Of a stretch of 64,000 nt of DNA, positions 19,238 through 28,793 are shown piece by piece. Each line of letters starts with the position of its first letter. Positions within the stretch are counted from its first letter, which is position 1. The position numbers and the translations under genes are program-made. The notes below the pieces were generated by a model. The model saw only the letters and a list, made by a program, of their open reading frames with translations. It was not told the DNA's origin and did not search any database. The DNA comes from an uncultured Acidobacteriota bacterium (GTDB lineage: Bacteria; Acidobacteriota; Vicinamibacteria; Vicinamibacterales; JAKQTR01), in contig CAWEJS010000002.1 in assembly GCA_963809475.1 (NCBI GenBank), forward strand, positions 471,722 through 535,721, written 5' to 3'.

Positions 19238-21457
19238 CTACTTCACCTTGACGATCTGATACCCGGTATCCGGCACGGTGCCGATGTAGTGCTCCGACTG
19301 CTTCGTTGTGCCATCCATCAGCCAGATCCAGACTTCGCCGTCCGACACGTTCCACCACAGGATGTCGGCCTTGGTGTTCCCGTCATAGTCGCCCGCGCCG
19401 GCGATACGGTAGTCCGTGTCGGGTACCGTGGCCACGTACGTCTCGCTGAGGCGCGCTGCACCGTTCATCGGCCAGATCCACACGTCCCCGTGCACGGTGT
19501 TCCACCACAGGATGCCGGCCTTCCCGCTGCCGTCGAAGTCCGCCACTGCCTGGATCTGGTACGTCGTGTCGGGCACCGTCCCGACGCAGGTCCGCGAGAG
19601 GCGCGACGTGCCGTTCATCAGCCACACCCACACGTCGCCCGCCGCGCCGTGCCAGACGATGTCGGCCTTGCCGTTGGCATCCAGGTCGCCCACGCCCTTG
19701 ATGACGTAGCCCGGGTCCACCGTGTCCACGTAGCCCTCGCTCGTCCGCGTCGCCCCGTTCATCAGCCAGATCCACACGTCGCCCACGGTCGCGTTCCGCC
19801 ACAGGATGTCGGACTTGCCATCGCCGTTGAAGTCGCCCGTCCCGGCGATGTCGTAGGCGGTGTCCACGGTCGCGACGTAGGTCTCCGCAAGAGGGGCGCC
19901 CGCGCTCATCGGCCAGTAGTAGATCATCCCGGTGGTCTTGTTCCGCCAGAGGAGGTCGGCCGTCCCGTCGCCGTTCTGGTCGCCGAGGCCGCGGATCTCC
20001 CAGTTCGTGTCAGCCACCGTCTGCACGTAGGCCGCCGGATCCATCGCCGCGCCATTCATCGGCCACAGCCACACGCCGCCGCCGGTGGCGTGTCGCCAGA
20101 GGATGTCGCTCTTCAGATCCCCCGTGAAGTCGCCGGGGGCCTGCGGCGGGTTCGTGGTATGCGTGACGTTCACCGTGATGGCGTCCGACACCGTTGTCGT
20201 GCCGATGGCCCTGACCTCGACGGCATGGTCGCCCGGGGCCAGCAACGAGGCGTCCCACGCGGCTTCCCAGAGCGCGGGATTCGCCGCAACCCGCGTCATC
20301 GGGTGCCACGTCGCGCCGCTGTCGATCCGGTAGGTCACCCCGCTGATCGTGCCCGAGTCGAAGACGAGCGCGCGAATCGGATTCGTCGTCGCATCCGGGA
20401 CGTCGTAGGCGTAGGGGTTGACCACGCCGGCGATGTACCGGTCAACGGGCGCCGTGATGAGCACGACCGGCCACGCGTTGGTGGACGGCGTGACCGACGA
20501 CAGGCCGTTGCAGTCAATCGCGACGAGACTGTAGTACGAGTTGCTCGATTTCCCGAGCGACGCGACGCTGTCGTAGCGGATGCCGTCACCGCTCATCAGG
20601 CCGGTGTAGCTGTCGCCATGGAACAGCGCCTGAGAGTACCGGTGCGTGTGGCCGTAGTCGTAGGTGGACGCCGAGTACGAGTCCAGCGCCTGGATGAAAC
20701 CCTGCTGACCGTAGAAGAGCCACGTGTCGCTCGACACGCCGGTGTCGGTCACCGGGTGATGCCCGAAGACCAGCGTCAGGGACGCGTCGCTGTTCGCCTG
20801 GAGTTCCTGGTTGATGAACGCCAGCTCGGTCGCGTCGAGCCCCGCGTTGTCGCCCCAGGGTCGTGTCAGGCTGAAGGCGGCGCCGTCGTTGCCGGCGGTA
20901 TTGACGCCGAGAAAGTGGTACTTCCCGAACGGGAACTGCCGTGTCCACGACTGCTGCGTCTGGCCGGTGGCCCGCCCCTGTACCGAGTTTGCGAGGTAGT
21001 ACGTGAAGTACCGATCGTTGTAGGCGTCGTGATTCCCCGGAAGGTCGTAGAAGAAGTCCGCCCCGGCGCCCGCGTTGGCCAGGATCGACTTGTACTCGTT
21101 CCATTCCTCCTGGTGCGGGCCGTTCGGCCAGCCGAGCCAGTTCCCATTCGTCGAGTCGGTCAGATCGCCCGTCGCGACGACGAACGCCGGGTTGATCACC
21201 GATCGGGCCGTCGTGACGAGCCACTGAAGCCGCGAAGAATCGTCCGTGCCCGACATCCCGATGTGCGGGTCCGACACCTGCAGGAACCAGAAGACCCGGG
21301 TGTTGTCGGCACTATAGAACGCGCCGTGAGGATTCCCCGCCTTGACAACGGCGCGAGAGGGGAACAGCACACACACGGCCAGGAGGAGTCTGATCACCGG
21401 GACTCTGAGCCGCCTCGCACAGGTCTCCATCTCGGGCCTCTCCTGTCGGTGGGTCAC
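19238..21457 (-). CDS. secreted calcineurin-like metallophosphoesterase fused to six FG-GAP/VCBS-like repeats
   Basis: A signal-like N-terminus is followed by QVSDPHIG, GDLTD and GNHD metallophosphoesterase motifs. The C-terminal 298 aa are six repeats of about 48 aa (GD-x-(N/D)GDGK-x-DILW-x-N...G-x-VW-x-W-x-MNG). Confidence 0.8.
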   Translation of the reverse strand: MTHRQERPEMETCARRLRVPVIRLLLAVCVLFPSRAVVKAGNPHGAFYSADNTRVFWFLQVSDPHIGMSGTDDSSRLQWLVTTARSVINPAFVVATGDLTDSTNGNWLGWPNGPHQEEWNEYKSILANAGAGADFFYDLPGNHDAYNDRYFTYYLANSVQGRATGQTQQSWTRQFPFGKYHFLGVNTAGNDGAAFSLTRPWGDNAGLDATELAFINQELQANSDASLTLVFGHHPVTDTGVSSDTWLFYGQQGFIQALDSYSASTYDYGHTHRYSQALFHGDSYTGLMSGDGIRYDSVASLGKSSNSYYSLVAIDCNGLSSVTPSTNAWPVVLITAPVDRYIAGVVNPYAYDVPDATTNPIRALVFDSGTISGVTYRIDSGATWHPMTRVAANPALWEAAWDASLLAPGDHAVEVRAIGTTTVSDAITVNVTHTTNPPQAPGDFTGDLKSDILWRHATGGGVWLWPMNGAAMDPAAYVQTVADTNWEIRGLGDQNGDGTADLLWRNKTTGMIYYWPMSAGAPLAETYVATVDTAYDIAGTGDFNGDGKSDILWRNATVGDVWIWLMNGATRTSEGYVDTVDPGYVIKGVGDLDANGKADIVWHGAAGDVWVWLMNGTSRLSRTCVGTVPDTTYQIQAVADFDGSGKAGILWWNTVHGDVWIWPMNGAARLSETYVATVPDTDYRIAGAGDYDGNTKADILWWNVSDGEVWIWLMDGTTKQSEHYIGTVPDTGYQIVKVK
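19241..20134 (-). repeat. coding tandem repeat (about 144-bp unit, 6 copies) encoding the FG-GAP-like blades
   Basis: Periodicity is visible in the translated sequence, and the recurring GACATCCTGTGG-type segments appear in the DNA. Confidence 0.7.
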
Positions 21458-21462
21458 CCGTC

Positions 21463-21972
21463 TCAGCGATTCAGCCTGGCCAGTCTCGCCCTGTACTCCG
21501 CAAGGCGCGCGAGCACATCCGGATCCGACGTGCGCTGCCTCGCCGCCTCGAGACGCGCGCTCGCGTGCGCCGCGTCTCCCAGTTCGCCGTACGCCAGCGC
21601 GGCGAGCACGCAGGCGTCAACGTTGCGCGGTTCGATCTCGCTCAGCCTGTCGTAGTGCGCGGCGGATCGCCGGAAGTCCTTGCGGAGGGAGTAGATTCGG
21701 CCGAGGTAGGCATGTGCCACCGCCGACGATGGCTGACGCGAGACCTCGAGTTCGAACGCGGCGATGGCCTGCTCGAACTCCACGGACGCCTCGCGATCGC
21801 GCTTCTGCGGCGTCAGTTCGTAGAAGGCCCGTTCGAAGTGGCTCACCCCCTGGCGGACACGCGCCGACGGTTCGGCGGGGTTCTGCTGAACCGGGGGAGG
21901 CGCACCGGATCGGGCCGCGGCGGGGACCAGCAGGACGGTGAGGAGGACGAGGGGCAGCAGCTTCCTGACCAT
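21463..21972 (-). CDS. secreted TPR-repeat protein
   Basis: The signal peptide is MVRKLLPLVLLTVLLVPAAA, followed by TPR-like AxxYLGRIY / ALAYGELGD helices. The gene ends 5 nt before the start of the downstream phosphoesterase gene. Confidence 0.7.
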   Translation of the reverse strand: MVRKLLPLVLLTVLLVPAAARSGAPPPVQQNPAEPSARVRQGVSHFERAFYELTPQKRDREASVEFEQAIAAFELEVSRQPSSAVAHAYLGRIYSLRKDFRRSAAHYDRLSEIEPRNVDACVLAALAYGELGDAAHASARLEAARQRTSDPDVLARLAEYRARLARLNR

Positions 21973-22128
21973 CGATCACCTCGGTCGCCCGTAAGGCTAA
22001 CACATCCGCCGAGCGGGCGCTGGAGGCGGTGGGCGGCCAGAACAGCTTGTGTCAGCCGTCCAAGGTGGTGACAATGCGCACAATGGCTCTGACCGGGCCA
22101 TGACTCGTGAGTCCGGGAGGTACTGCCT

Positions 22129-23103
22129 ATGAAAGCCGCCATCTACACGCGATACGGACCTCCGGATGTCGTCCGGATCGTGGACGTTGAAGTGCCCGTC
22201 CCCAGGGACAAGGAAGTCCTGGTCAAGGTTCGCGCGGCCTCGGTCAATCCGCTGGACTGGCATTTCCTGCGGGGCACGCCGCGCCTGGCTCGCATCGTCT
22301 TTGGGCTCGGTAAGCCGAAGAACCCCCGGCTTGGCGTCGATGTGGCGGGCCAGGTGGAAGCAGTGGGCAAGAGCGTCACGCGGCTCAAGCCGGGCGACGC
22401 CGTGTTCGGCGTGTGCAAGGGGGCCTTTGCCGAGTATACGTGCGCGTCCGAATCGGAACTGGTCACCAAGCCGGACCGCATCTCGTTCGAGCAGGCGGCC
22501 GGCGTCCCGATCGCGGCGCTCACGGCACTGCAGGGGCTTCGCGACCATGGACGCCTCCAGCCAGGACAGAAGGTCCTCATCAACGGCGCCGCGGGAGGCG
22601 TGGGCACGTTCGCCGTGCAAATCGGCAAGGCGCTCGGCGCGGACGTGACGGGCGTCTGCAGCACGAGTAACGTGGACCTGGTGCGATCCATCGGCGCGGA
22701 CCACGTCATCGACTACACGCGAGAGGATTTCACTGGAAGCGGGCAGCACGTCGATCTGCTCTTCGACTGTGTCGGGAACCGCGCGTTGTCGGCATGCAGG
22801 CGCGTCCTGACCCCGAACGGGATCTACGTCGGGATCGGAGGAGGAGGACCGGATACCAGCTCGTTCAGGCTGGTCTTCGATACCATCACGCAGATGGTGC
22901 TGTCCTGGTTCGTGAGCCAGAAGCTGCGCGGATTCATCGCGAAGACCCGCCAGGAGGACCTGGCCACCCTAAGTGAACTCATGACGAGCGGAAGGATCAC
23001 ACCCGTCATCGATAGACGCTTTCCACTGAGCGACGTCTCCGAGGCCATCCGCTACCTGGAAGCCGGGCACGCACGTGGAAAGGTGATCATCACGGTTGGA
23101 TGA
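22129..23103 (+). CDS. zinc-type/MDR-family NAD(P)-dependent oxidoreductase (quinone oxidoreductase-like)
   Basis: EVLVKVRAASVNPLDW and INGAAGGVGTFAVQIGKALGA motifs are present, and the 324-aa length fits. Confidence 0.85.
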   Translation: MKAAIYTRYGPPDVVRIVDVEVPVPRDKEVLVKVRAASVNPLDWHFLRGTPRLARIVFGLGKPKNPRLGVDVAGQVEAVGKSVTRLKPGDAVFGVCKGAFAEYTCASESELVTKPDRISFEQAAGVPIAALTALQGLRDHGRLQPGQKVLINGAAGGVGTFAVQIGKALGADVTGVCSTSNVDLVRSIGADHVIDYTREDFTGSGQHVDLLFDCVGNRALSACRRVLTPNGIYVGIGGGGPDTSSFRLVFDTITQMVLSWFVSQKLRGFIAKTRQEDLATLSELMTSGRITPVIDRRFPLSDVSEAIRYLEAGHARGKVIITVG

Positions 23104-23175
23104 CTCCGAGCGCGCGCACCGTCGCGCTGCCACCGGAGAACCTGTTGCCAGAGGACCGGCTGGAAGCTGTGGTAT

Positions 23176-23388
23176 CTACCGCCTGGCCTTCTTCTTCGTT
23201 GCACGCGGGCTGGCGCTGTTCGAGAGCCCGGCTTCCGAAAGCGCGATGGCGATGGCCTGTTTTCGATCCGTGACCTTTGGCCCCTTCCTGGAACCGGAGT
23301 GCAGCGTGCCTTCCTTGAACTTCAGCAACTCACCCTCTACCCGTCTCTGTTGTGCCTTCTTCGGTGCGCTCGGTTTCAGTTTTGGCAT
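23176..23388 (-). CDS. small basic protein (DUF6496-like)
   Basis: The internal ATG 23388 gives MPKLKPSAPKKAQQRRVEGELLKFKEGTLHSGSRKGPKVTDRKQAIAIALSEAG. The ...RKQAIAIALSEAG ending is what I recall for that small-protein family. Confidence 0.55.
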   Translation of the reverse strand: MPKLKPSAPKKAQQRRVEGELLKFKEGTLHSGSRKGPKVTDRKQAIAIALSEAGLSNSASPRATKKKARR

Positions 23389-23489
23389 GACTTCCTCACA
23401 GGGCTGTAACCTCGGCAGGCCGCGCGAGCGGCCGGAGGTCGAGCAACGCACTCCACGTGAGACACGGTCGACATTCAGAACTCGGCCGT

Positions 23490-23849
23490 CTAGCCGCGTA
23501 CGACGGAGCGGTGGCGATTCAGATACGCCGCAATGACCAGGGTGATGACCAGAGCGATCGCCGCGACCAGCAGCGCGTGCAGGTAAGCGACGATGCCGAG
23601 GATGAACGCTTCAAAGAGCCACGTGCCCGCGACGCTCAGGCCGAGAAGGACCAGTGCGCCGGTGGCCCACCGCCGACCGCGCCACACGCCGAACGCGGCC
23701 GCGAGCGCGCACACGGCCTGGAGAACGAAACCGACCAGCAGAGCCGGCACGGCCGGTCCCACCAGCATCGCGGGCACATAGCTGGCGACATAGACGCCAT
23801 ATCCCGCCAGCGCGACGATAATCAGGAGCAACGGGGTGGAGCGGTTCAT
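23490..23849 (-). CDS. small integral membrane protein (about 4 TM helices)
   Basis: MNRSTPLLLIIVALAGYGVYV... has four hydrophobic segments. I recognise no family. Confidence 0.55.
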   Translation of the reverse strand: MNRSTPLLLIIVALAGYGVYVASYVPAMLVGPAVPALLVGFVLQAVCALAAAFGVWRGRRWATGALVLLGLSVAGTWLFEAFILGIVAYLHALLVAAIALVITLVIAAYLNRHRSVVRG

Positions 23850-23933
23850 TCGGGCATCCTCACGTGTCAATCACGATTCCATTCCCGTGGTGATGATCGA
23901 ATCGGCAGACTCTTGACGCCATCTGCGGCAGGA

Positions 23934-24764
23934 TCACCCTTTCTCGCGTTCGGGTCTCGATGTGCCTCGATCTTGTGAACCGAGGGCCGCTCGGTTCAGC
24001 CACCCCTCCAGAGTGCGATTGAACTGGTCGGGCTGCTCGAAGGCGACGAGATGACCTGCGTGAGCGATCACTTCCAGCTGCGCGCCTCGGATGGCCTCGG
24101 CCAGCTTCTTCGACTCCGCCGGCGGGACCAGCATGTCGTCCGCGCCGGTGATCACCAGCGTCGGGACGACAATCTGCGCCAGGAAGGCGGTCGAATCGGG
24201 TCGCCCGGCCATCCCCAGCAAGGCCCCGACGACGCCCATGGGTTTCGACGAAGCCATGAATGCCCGCACGTGTTCCATCATCCGGGCATCCTGATTGCCC
24301 CCGGCGAGCATCTTGGGGGCCATCGCCTGGATCACGACCTCCACGCCTTCCGCCTTCACCTTCTCGGCCATTGCACGCCGCCCCGCCGCGGCGTCCGGCG
24401 CGTCCGGGCCGGCCTTGGTCCCGACCAGGACGAGGCCGCGCAGCATCTCGGGATACTGACGCGCGAAGGCGAGCGCCACGTATCCTCCCATGGAGTGTCC
24501 GACCAGCGCCACTGGTCCGGTCGCGAGTTGGAGGAGCAGCGCCCGCACGTCGGCGGCGTATTGGGCCATCGTCGTTGAGCCAGGCCGCGCGTCGCTCTCC
24601 CCGAAACCGGGGAGATCGGGCGCGATGACGCGATGCGAGGGCCGGAACGCGTCAATCTGCTTCTGCCAGACGCCGCGACTGAGCGGGAACCCATGCACGA
24701 AGACCAGCGGTATCCCGCGTCCCTCGTCGACCGTACTGAGACTGGTGATATTCGTCGTCTGCAT
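23934..24764 (-). CDS. alpha/beta-fold hydrolase
   Basis: The HG oxyanion motif (LVFVHGFPLS), the nucleophile elbow GHSMGG, and a C-terminal H are present. ATG 24764 is the start. Confidence 0.85.
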   Translation of the reverse strand: MQTTNITSLSTVDEGRGIPLVFVHGFPLSRGVWQKQIDAFRPSHRVIAPDLPGFGESDARPGSTTMAQYAADVRALLLQLATGPVALVGHSMGGYVALAFARQYPEMLRGLVLVGTKAGPDAPDAAAGRRAMAEKVKAEGVEVVIQAMAPKMLAGGNQDARMMEHVRAFMASSKPMGVVGALLGMAGRPDSTAFLAQIVVPTLVITGADDMLVPPAESKKLAEAIRGAQLEVIAHAGHLVAFEQPDQFNRTLEGWLNRAALGSQDRGTSRPEREKG

Positions 24765-25201
24765 GAGGGCTCCTTGCCCTTCAACCGGAGCGCGCGCGAT
24801 ACGCCACGTAGGCCAGGATGATGGCGAAGGCCACAAGTGCCAACCGTGCCATTCCCATCAGTGCGTGTGTGACCGACAGGCCGCGTTCCCTTGGGTTGAA
24901 TGGCGGTGACAGCGGCCACGCCGGCAATGATGACGGCCAGAGCGAGCCATGCGAGCCAGTTCATGGCTCAACTATGTGTGATCGGAGGCGGCGCCCGCTG
25001 TTCAATTGTGGACCTTCGACCCGCCTCAGCGTAGCACCACCGTGACGCGCCCCTGCTCTCCCTAGTTGTCCGGGTGGCCACGCACCGTGGAATCTGTTCA
25101 ATTCGGGACAGCCCGCCTGGTCGTCTTCTCCCTAGACTTGTGCCGGGAGTGTCTCGGGCAAGTCCTGCCGGAGCTGTAAACCTGACCCAAGCGGGGTGAA
25201 C

Positions 25202-26164
25202 ATGAATTCGATTCTGCGCGATAACGACCCGGTTTCGTTGCTCGAAGCGATGATGTTGATTCGGGCGTACGAGGAGAGGAACGTGGCCGAGCTGGCGGCG
25301 GGCCGATCCGCGGGCACCTGTACTTCTGTCGGACAAGAAGCCTCCTCGGTGGGAGTCGTGCGGTCTCTCGGCGTCAAGGATCTGATCCTGACCAATCACC
25401 GTAGCGCCGGGCATCTGCTGGCGCGCGGGGCCGATCCGGGCCGGATGATGGCGGAGGTGAAGGGTCGAACGACCGGCTACTGCCAGGGCAAGAGCGGAAC
25501 GCTGCACATCTCGGTGAAAGAGCTGGGAGTCATCTTGACCTCGACCATCGTCGGGGGCGAGCTGTCGCTGGCGACGGGCGTCGGGCTGTCGCAATCCATG
25601 CTGGGAACGGACGCGATTGTCGCCTGTTTCTTCGGCGACGGCGCATCGTGCGAGGGGATCTTCCACGAGTCGTTGAACCTGGCGGCTGTGTGGAACCTGC
25701 CGATCCTGTACGTCTGCGAGAACAACCAGTGGCAAGCATACGTGCGCCGTCAGGAGACGATGCTCATCGACAAGATCTCGACCCGCGGGGCTGCCTACGG
25801 CATCGAAGCCAAGACCGTGGACGGCAACGATGTCGAGGCCGTTCTGCAAGCGGCCACCGAGGCCGTCGCCACCATCCGCAAGACCGGCAAACCCTACCTC
25901 CTCGAGACCTACACCTACCGGACGCGTGGCCATTTCGAGCCGGACGATCAGTCGTACGTCGATGCGGGCGAGCTGGCGCGCTGGAAGGCCAGGGATCCGA
26001 TTGCATTGCTCAAGCAGCGCCTGCTGGAACGACAGGTCGTGACCCAGACCGAGCTCGACACGATGGGCGCGCGCGTGCTGGAAAGGATCGAGCAGGCCGC
26101 GGCGTTCGCGAACAGTTCGGCTTTTCCGGCGGCAAGCGAAGTCGCCACCGACGTCTACGCATAG
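25202..26164 (+). CDS. TPP-dependent 2-oxoacid/acetoin dehydrogenase E1 component, alpha subunit
   Basis: The E1-alpha pattern is present (FFGDGASCEG...NLPILYVCENNQW, YRTRGH). ATG 25202 follows GGGG; the ORF track starts at GTG 25196. Confidence 0.85.
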   Translation: MNSILRDNDPVSLLEAMMLIRAYEERNVAELAAGRSAGTCTSVGQEASSVGVVRSLGVKDLILTNHRSAGHLLARGADPGRMMAEVKGRTTGYCQGKSGTLHISVKELGVILTSTIVGGELSLATGVGLSQSMLGTDAIVACFFGDGASCEGIFHESLNLAAVWNLPILYVCENNQWQAYVRRQETMLIDKISTRGAAYGIEAKTVDGNDVEAVLQAATEAVATIRKTGKPYLLETYTYRTRGHFEPDDQSYVDAGELARWKARDPIALLKQRLLERQVVTQTELDTMGARVLERIEQAAAFANSSAFPAASEVATDVYA

Positions 26165-26176
26165 AGGCCCACGACC

Positions 26177-27145
26177 ATGACCACGACAAGAATAGGCACA
26201 CTTCAGGCGATCGCCCAGGGACTTGCCGAGGAGATGCGACGCGATCCGCGCGTCGTCATGTTCGGCGAAGGGGTCGCGACCAAGCGCAGGGACCTGGTAC
26301 AGGAGTTCGGGGACAGGCGGGTTCGCAACACACCGATGGCGGAAGGCATTATCGCGGGCACGGCAGCGGGTGCCGCCGCCACGGGATTGCGGCCGATCAT
26401 TGATCTTCTGTTCACTCCGTTCATCTGTCTTTCGATGGACGAGATCGTGAACAGCGCCGGAAAACTGCGGTACATCTCCGGCGGTCAGTTCTCGTTCCCG
26501 ATGGTCGTGATGGCGCTGACCGGATGTGGCTGGACCGTCGGGGCCCAGCACAACCACAACATCGAAGCATGGTTCGCCCACACCCCGGGGATCAAGGTCG
26601 TCATGCCGTCTACCCCTGCCGATTTCAAGGGCCTATTGAAAGCCGCGGTGCGCGACGACAACCCGGTCATGTTCTTCATGGACATAGGGCTCATGAACGC
26701 CGAAGGCGAGGTCCCAGACGGCGACCACATCGTACCGATCGGACAGGCCGCCACTCGGCGCCAGGGGCAGGACGTCACCGTCATCTCGTACGGGAAGCTG
26801 GTCGACACATCGCTGACGGCGGCCGAAGCCCTCGCGGCCGCGGGCGTGTCCGCTGAGGTGATCGACCTGCGCTCCCTCAAGCCCTATGACGAAGCGGCGG
26901 TCCTGACGTCCGTCAGGAAGACGGGCCGGGCCGTCGTCGTGCATGAAGCCAGCCGCACGTGCGGCGTTGGCGCGGAGATCGCGGCGACGATCGCCGAAAA
27001 GGCCTTCGGTGCGTTGAAGGGTCCGGTCGTCCGCATCGCCGGCCCGGATGCGCCGGCGCCGTCGAGCTACGCCCTGGAGATGGCGTTCGTGCCCCAGGCC
27101 GAGCAGATCGTGGCCGCGGCCAAGACGCTGACCGGAAAGGCCTGA
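26177..27145 (+). CDS. E1 component beta subunit (transketolase-like pyrimidine-binding plus C-terminal domain)
   Basis: GEGVA...FGDRRVRNTPMAEGIIAGTAAGAA and PxxPxD(E) motifs are present, and the 322-aa length fits. Confidence 0.85.
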   Translation: MTTTRIGTLQAIAQGLAEEMRRDPRVVMFGEGVATKRRDLVQEFGDRRVRNTPMAEGIIAGTAAGAAATGLRPIIDLLFTPFICLSMDEIVNSAGKLRYISGGQFSFPMVVMALTGCGWTVGAQHNHNIEAWFAHTPGIKVVMPSTPADFKGLLKAAVRDDNPVMFFMDIGLMNAEGEVPDGDHIVPIGQAATRRQGQDVTVISYGKLVDTSLTAAEALAAAGVSAEVIDLRSLKPYDEAAVLTSVRKTGRAVVVHEASRTCGVGAEIAATIAEKAFGALKGPVVRIAGPDAPAPSSYALEMAFVPQAEQIVAAAKTLTGKA

Positions 27146-27167
27146 CGCATACATGCGGCGGTCGTCA

Positions 27168-28793
27168 TCACTTTCCCGCTTTCGCCGTCTGCGCGTGGTA
27201 CTCCGCGGGATCGATCGGCACGTCGATCACGGTCGGCCCGGCGCCACCGAACGCCTCGCCAACGGCCGCGCTCAACTCGTCGAGCGTGCGCACCCTCACG
27301 CCACGCGCGCCGAGCGCCACACCGGCGGTGGCGAAGTCCACGTGACCATAGCTCACGCCGTAGTCCTCTTCGAGGCCGCGCTTCGCCCGCACCACGCGAA
27401 TCAGGCTCAACCCGTCGTCGTTGAAGACCACGATCGCGATCGGGAGCCGCAGGCGGACGCAGGTCTCGATGTCCGCCAGCCGCATGCCGAGCCCGCCGTC
27501 GCCGACGGTGCACAGCACCGGACGGTGCGGCTGGTGCAGTGCCGCGGCGATCGCGGCCGGCAGGCCGTATCCCATCGCTGACAAGCCGTTCGAAGCGAGA
27601 AACGTGAGCGGCTCGTGGCTCCGCCACGCCTGCGAGACGATGAACTTGACCGAGCCAACGTCGGTCGTGGCGATGGTGTCGCGCGGGCAGGCGTCCTGAA
27701 GACAGCGGGTCACCTCCCACGGCGAGAGGCCCCGGCCCGGCCGGACCGAGGGGCGAAGCCGTCCCTCGAGCTCGCGTCTAAAGTCCCCGAACTCGGCCTC
27801 CGCCCACCCGAATGGGCCCGGGCGCGCGGCGATGACGGCGTCCACCGTCTCGCGCAGGCTGCCTGTCACTTCGAGAGCGGGCCGGTACGCCCCGGACGCA
27901 ATCGACAGGGGCCCGAGCGAGACAATCGGATGCGTGCAGTGCCACAGTTTATCGGATTCGACCGGGTCGTAGCCGACGCCCACCAGCACGTCCGCGCGGT
28001 CGAAGAAGTCGAGCACCGCGCCGTCTCCCGCGACGCCGCCGCAGATGCCGAGGAACCGGGGGTGATCTTCCGGCAGCAGCCCCTTCACCTTCGGCGTCGC
28101 GAACACCGGCACGTCGAGGTGGTCCACGAGCGCACGGACCACGTCGCGGTGCGTGCGCGGATCGAGGTCGAGCCCAAGCAGCAGCACGGGCCGGCGTGCC
28201 GCGCGGATGGCGGCAATCACGTCGCGCAGCCGGGCGGGATCGGGCGGCTCCGGCGGCGGGGGCGCGAGCGACCACGCTGCGCTGTCGGGCTGCAGGTCGT
28301 CCATCCTGGCGACGTCGCTCGGCAGCGCGATGTGCACCGGCCCCATCCTCGGCGCGACCGCCAGGCGGCAGGCAGCGCGCATCGCCGCCAGCGTGCCGCG
28401 GCCGTCGAGCGCCACTGCCGCCTTGGTGAACGGGCGGTAGACGGCATTGAGGTCGATCTGCTGGTGCGTGGCGTACGGCGCGCTGGCGGTGGCCATCGAC
28501 GCCGTGATGGCGAGCACGGGCGACCGGTCGAGCCAGGCATTGGCGACACCCAGGGTCATGTTGATCGCGCCCGGGCCCAGCGTCGACACGCACACGGCGG
28601 GTCGCGCCGTCAGGAACCCCTCGGCGTCGGCGATGAACGCGGCCGTGGTTTCGTCGCGCGTGAGGATGAACTTGATGCCCGCACGGCGCGCGGCGTCGAT
28701 GAAATCGAGGATCTCTCCACCGGGCACGCCGTACATCCGGCTGACGCCGCACTCCGCCAGCGTGGCCGCCATGAGTTCAGCAACGGTTGCCAT
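27168..28793 (-). CDS. TPP-binding enzyme of the acetolactate synthase large-subunit family
   Basis: ATG 28793 gives MATVAELMAATLAECGVSRMYGVPGGEILDF. The C-terminal TPP motif is GDGGLGM...NDDGLS. Substrate specificity cannot be inferred. Confidence 0.8.
   Translation of the reverse strand: MATVAELMAATLAECGVSRMYGVPGGEILDFIDAARRAGIKFILTRDETTAAFIADAEGFLTARPAVCVSTLGPGAINMTLGVANAWLDRSPVLAITASMATASAPYATHQQIDLNAVYRPFTKAAVALDGRGTLAAMRAACRLAVAPRMGPVHIALPSDVARMDDLQPDSAAWSLAPPPPEPPDPARLRDVIAAIRAARRPVLLLGLDLDPRTHRDVVRALVDHLDVPVFATPKVKGLLPEDHPRFLGICGGVAGDGAVLDFFDRADVLVGVGYDPVESDKLWHCTHPIVSLGPLSIASGAYRPALEVTGSLRETVDAVIAARPGPFGWAEAEFGDFRRELEGRLRPSVRPGRGLSPWEVTRCLQDACPRDTIATTDVGSVKFIVSQAWRSHEPLTFLASNGLSAMGYGLPAAIAAALHQPHRPVLCTVGDGGLGMRLADIETCVRLRLPIAIVVFNDDGLSLIRVVRAKRGLEEDYGVSYGHVDFATAGVALGARGVRVRTLDELSAAVGEAFGGAGPTVIDVPIDPAEYHAQTAKAGK

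Noticed and set aside
23096-23536. ORF 23096..23536 (+) and other 60-150-aa ORFs in the 23.1-23.9 kb region.
   Set aside because: They overlap the better-supported minus-strand small genes (the DUF6496-like gene and the 4-TM protein), and their composition is not protein-like.
25104-25201. A sigma-54 promoter upstream of the E1 (aco-like) genes.
   Set aside because: No TGGCAC-N5-TTGC-like element is present. The best candidates (GGGCAAGTCCTGCC, CTGGTCGTCTTCTCCC) have wrong spacing or lack the -12 GC context.
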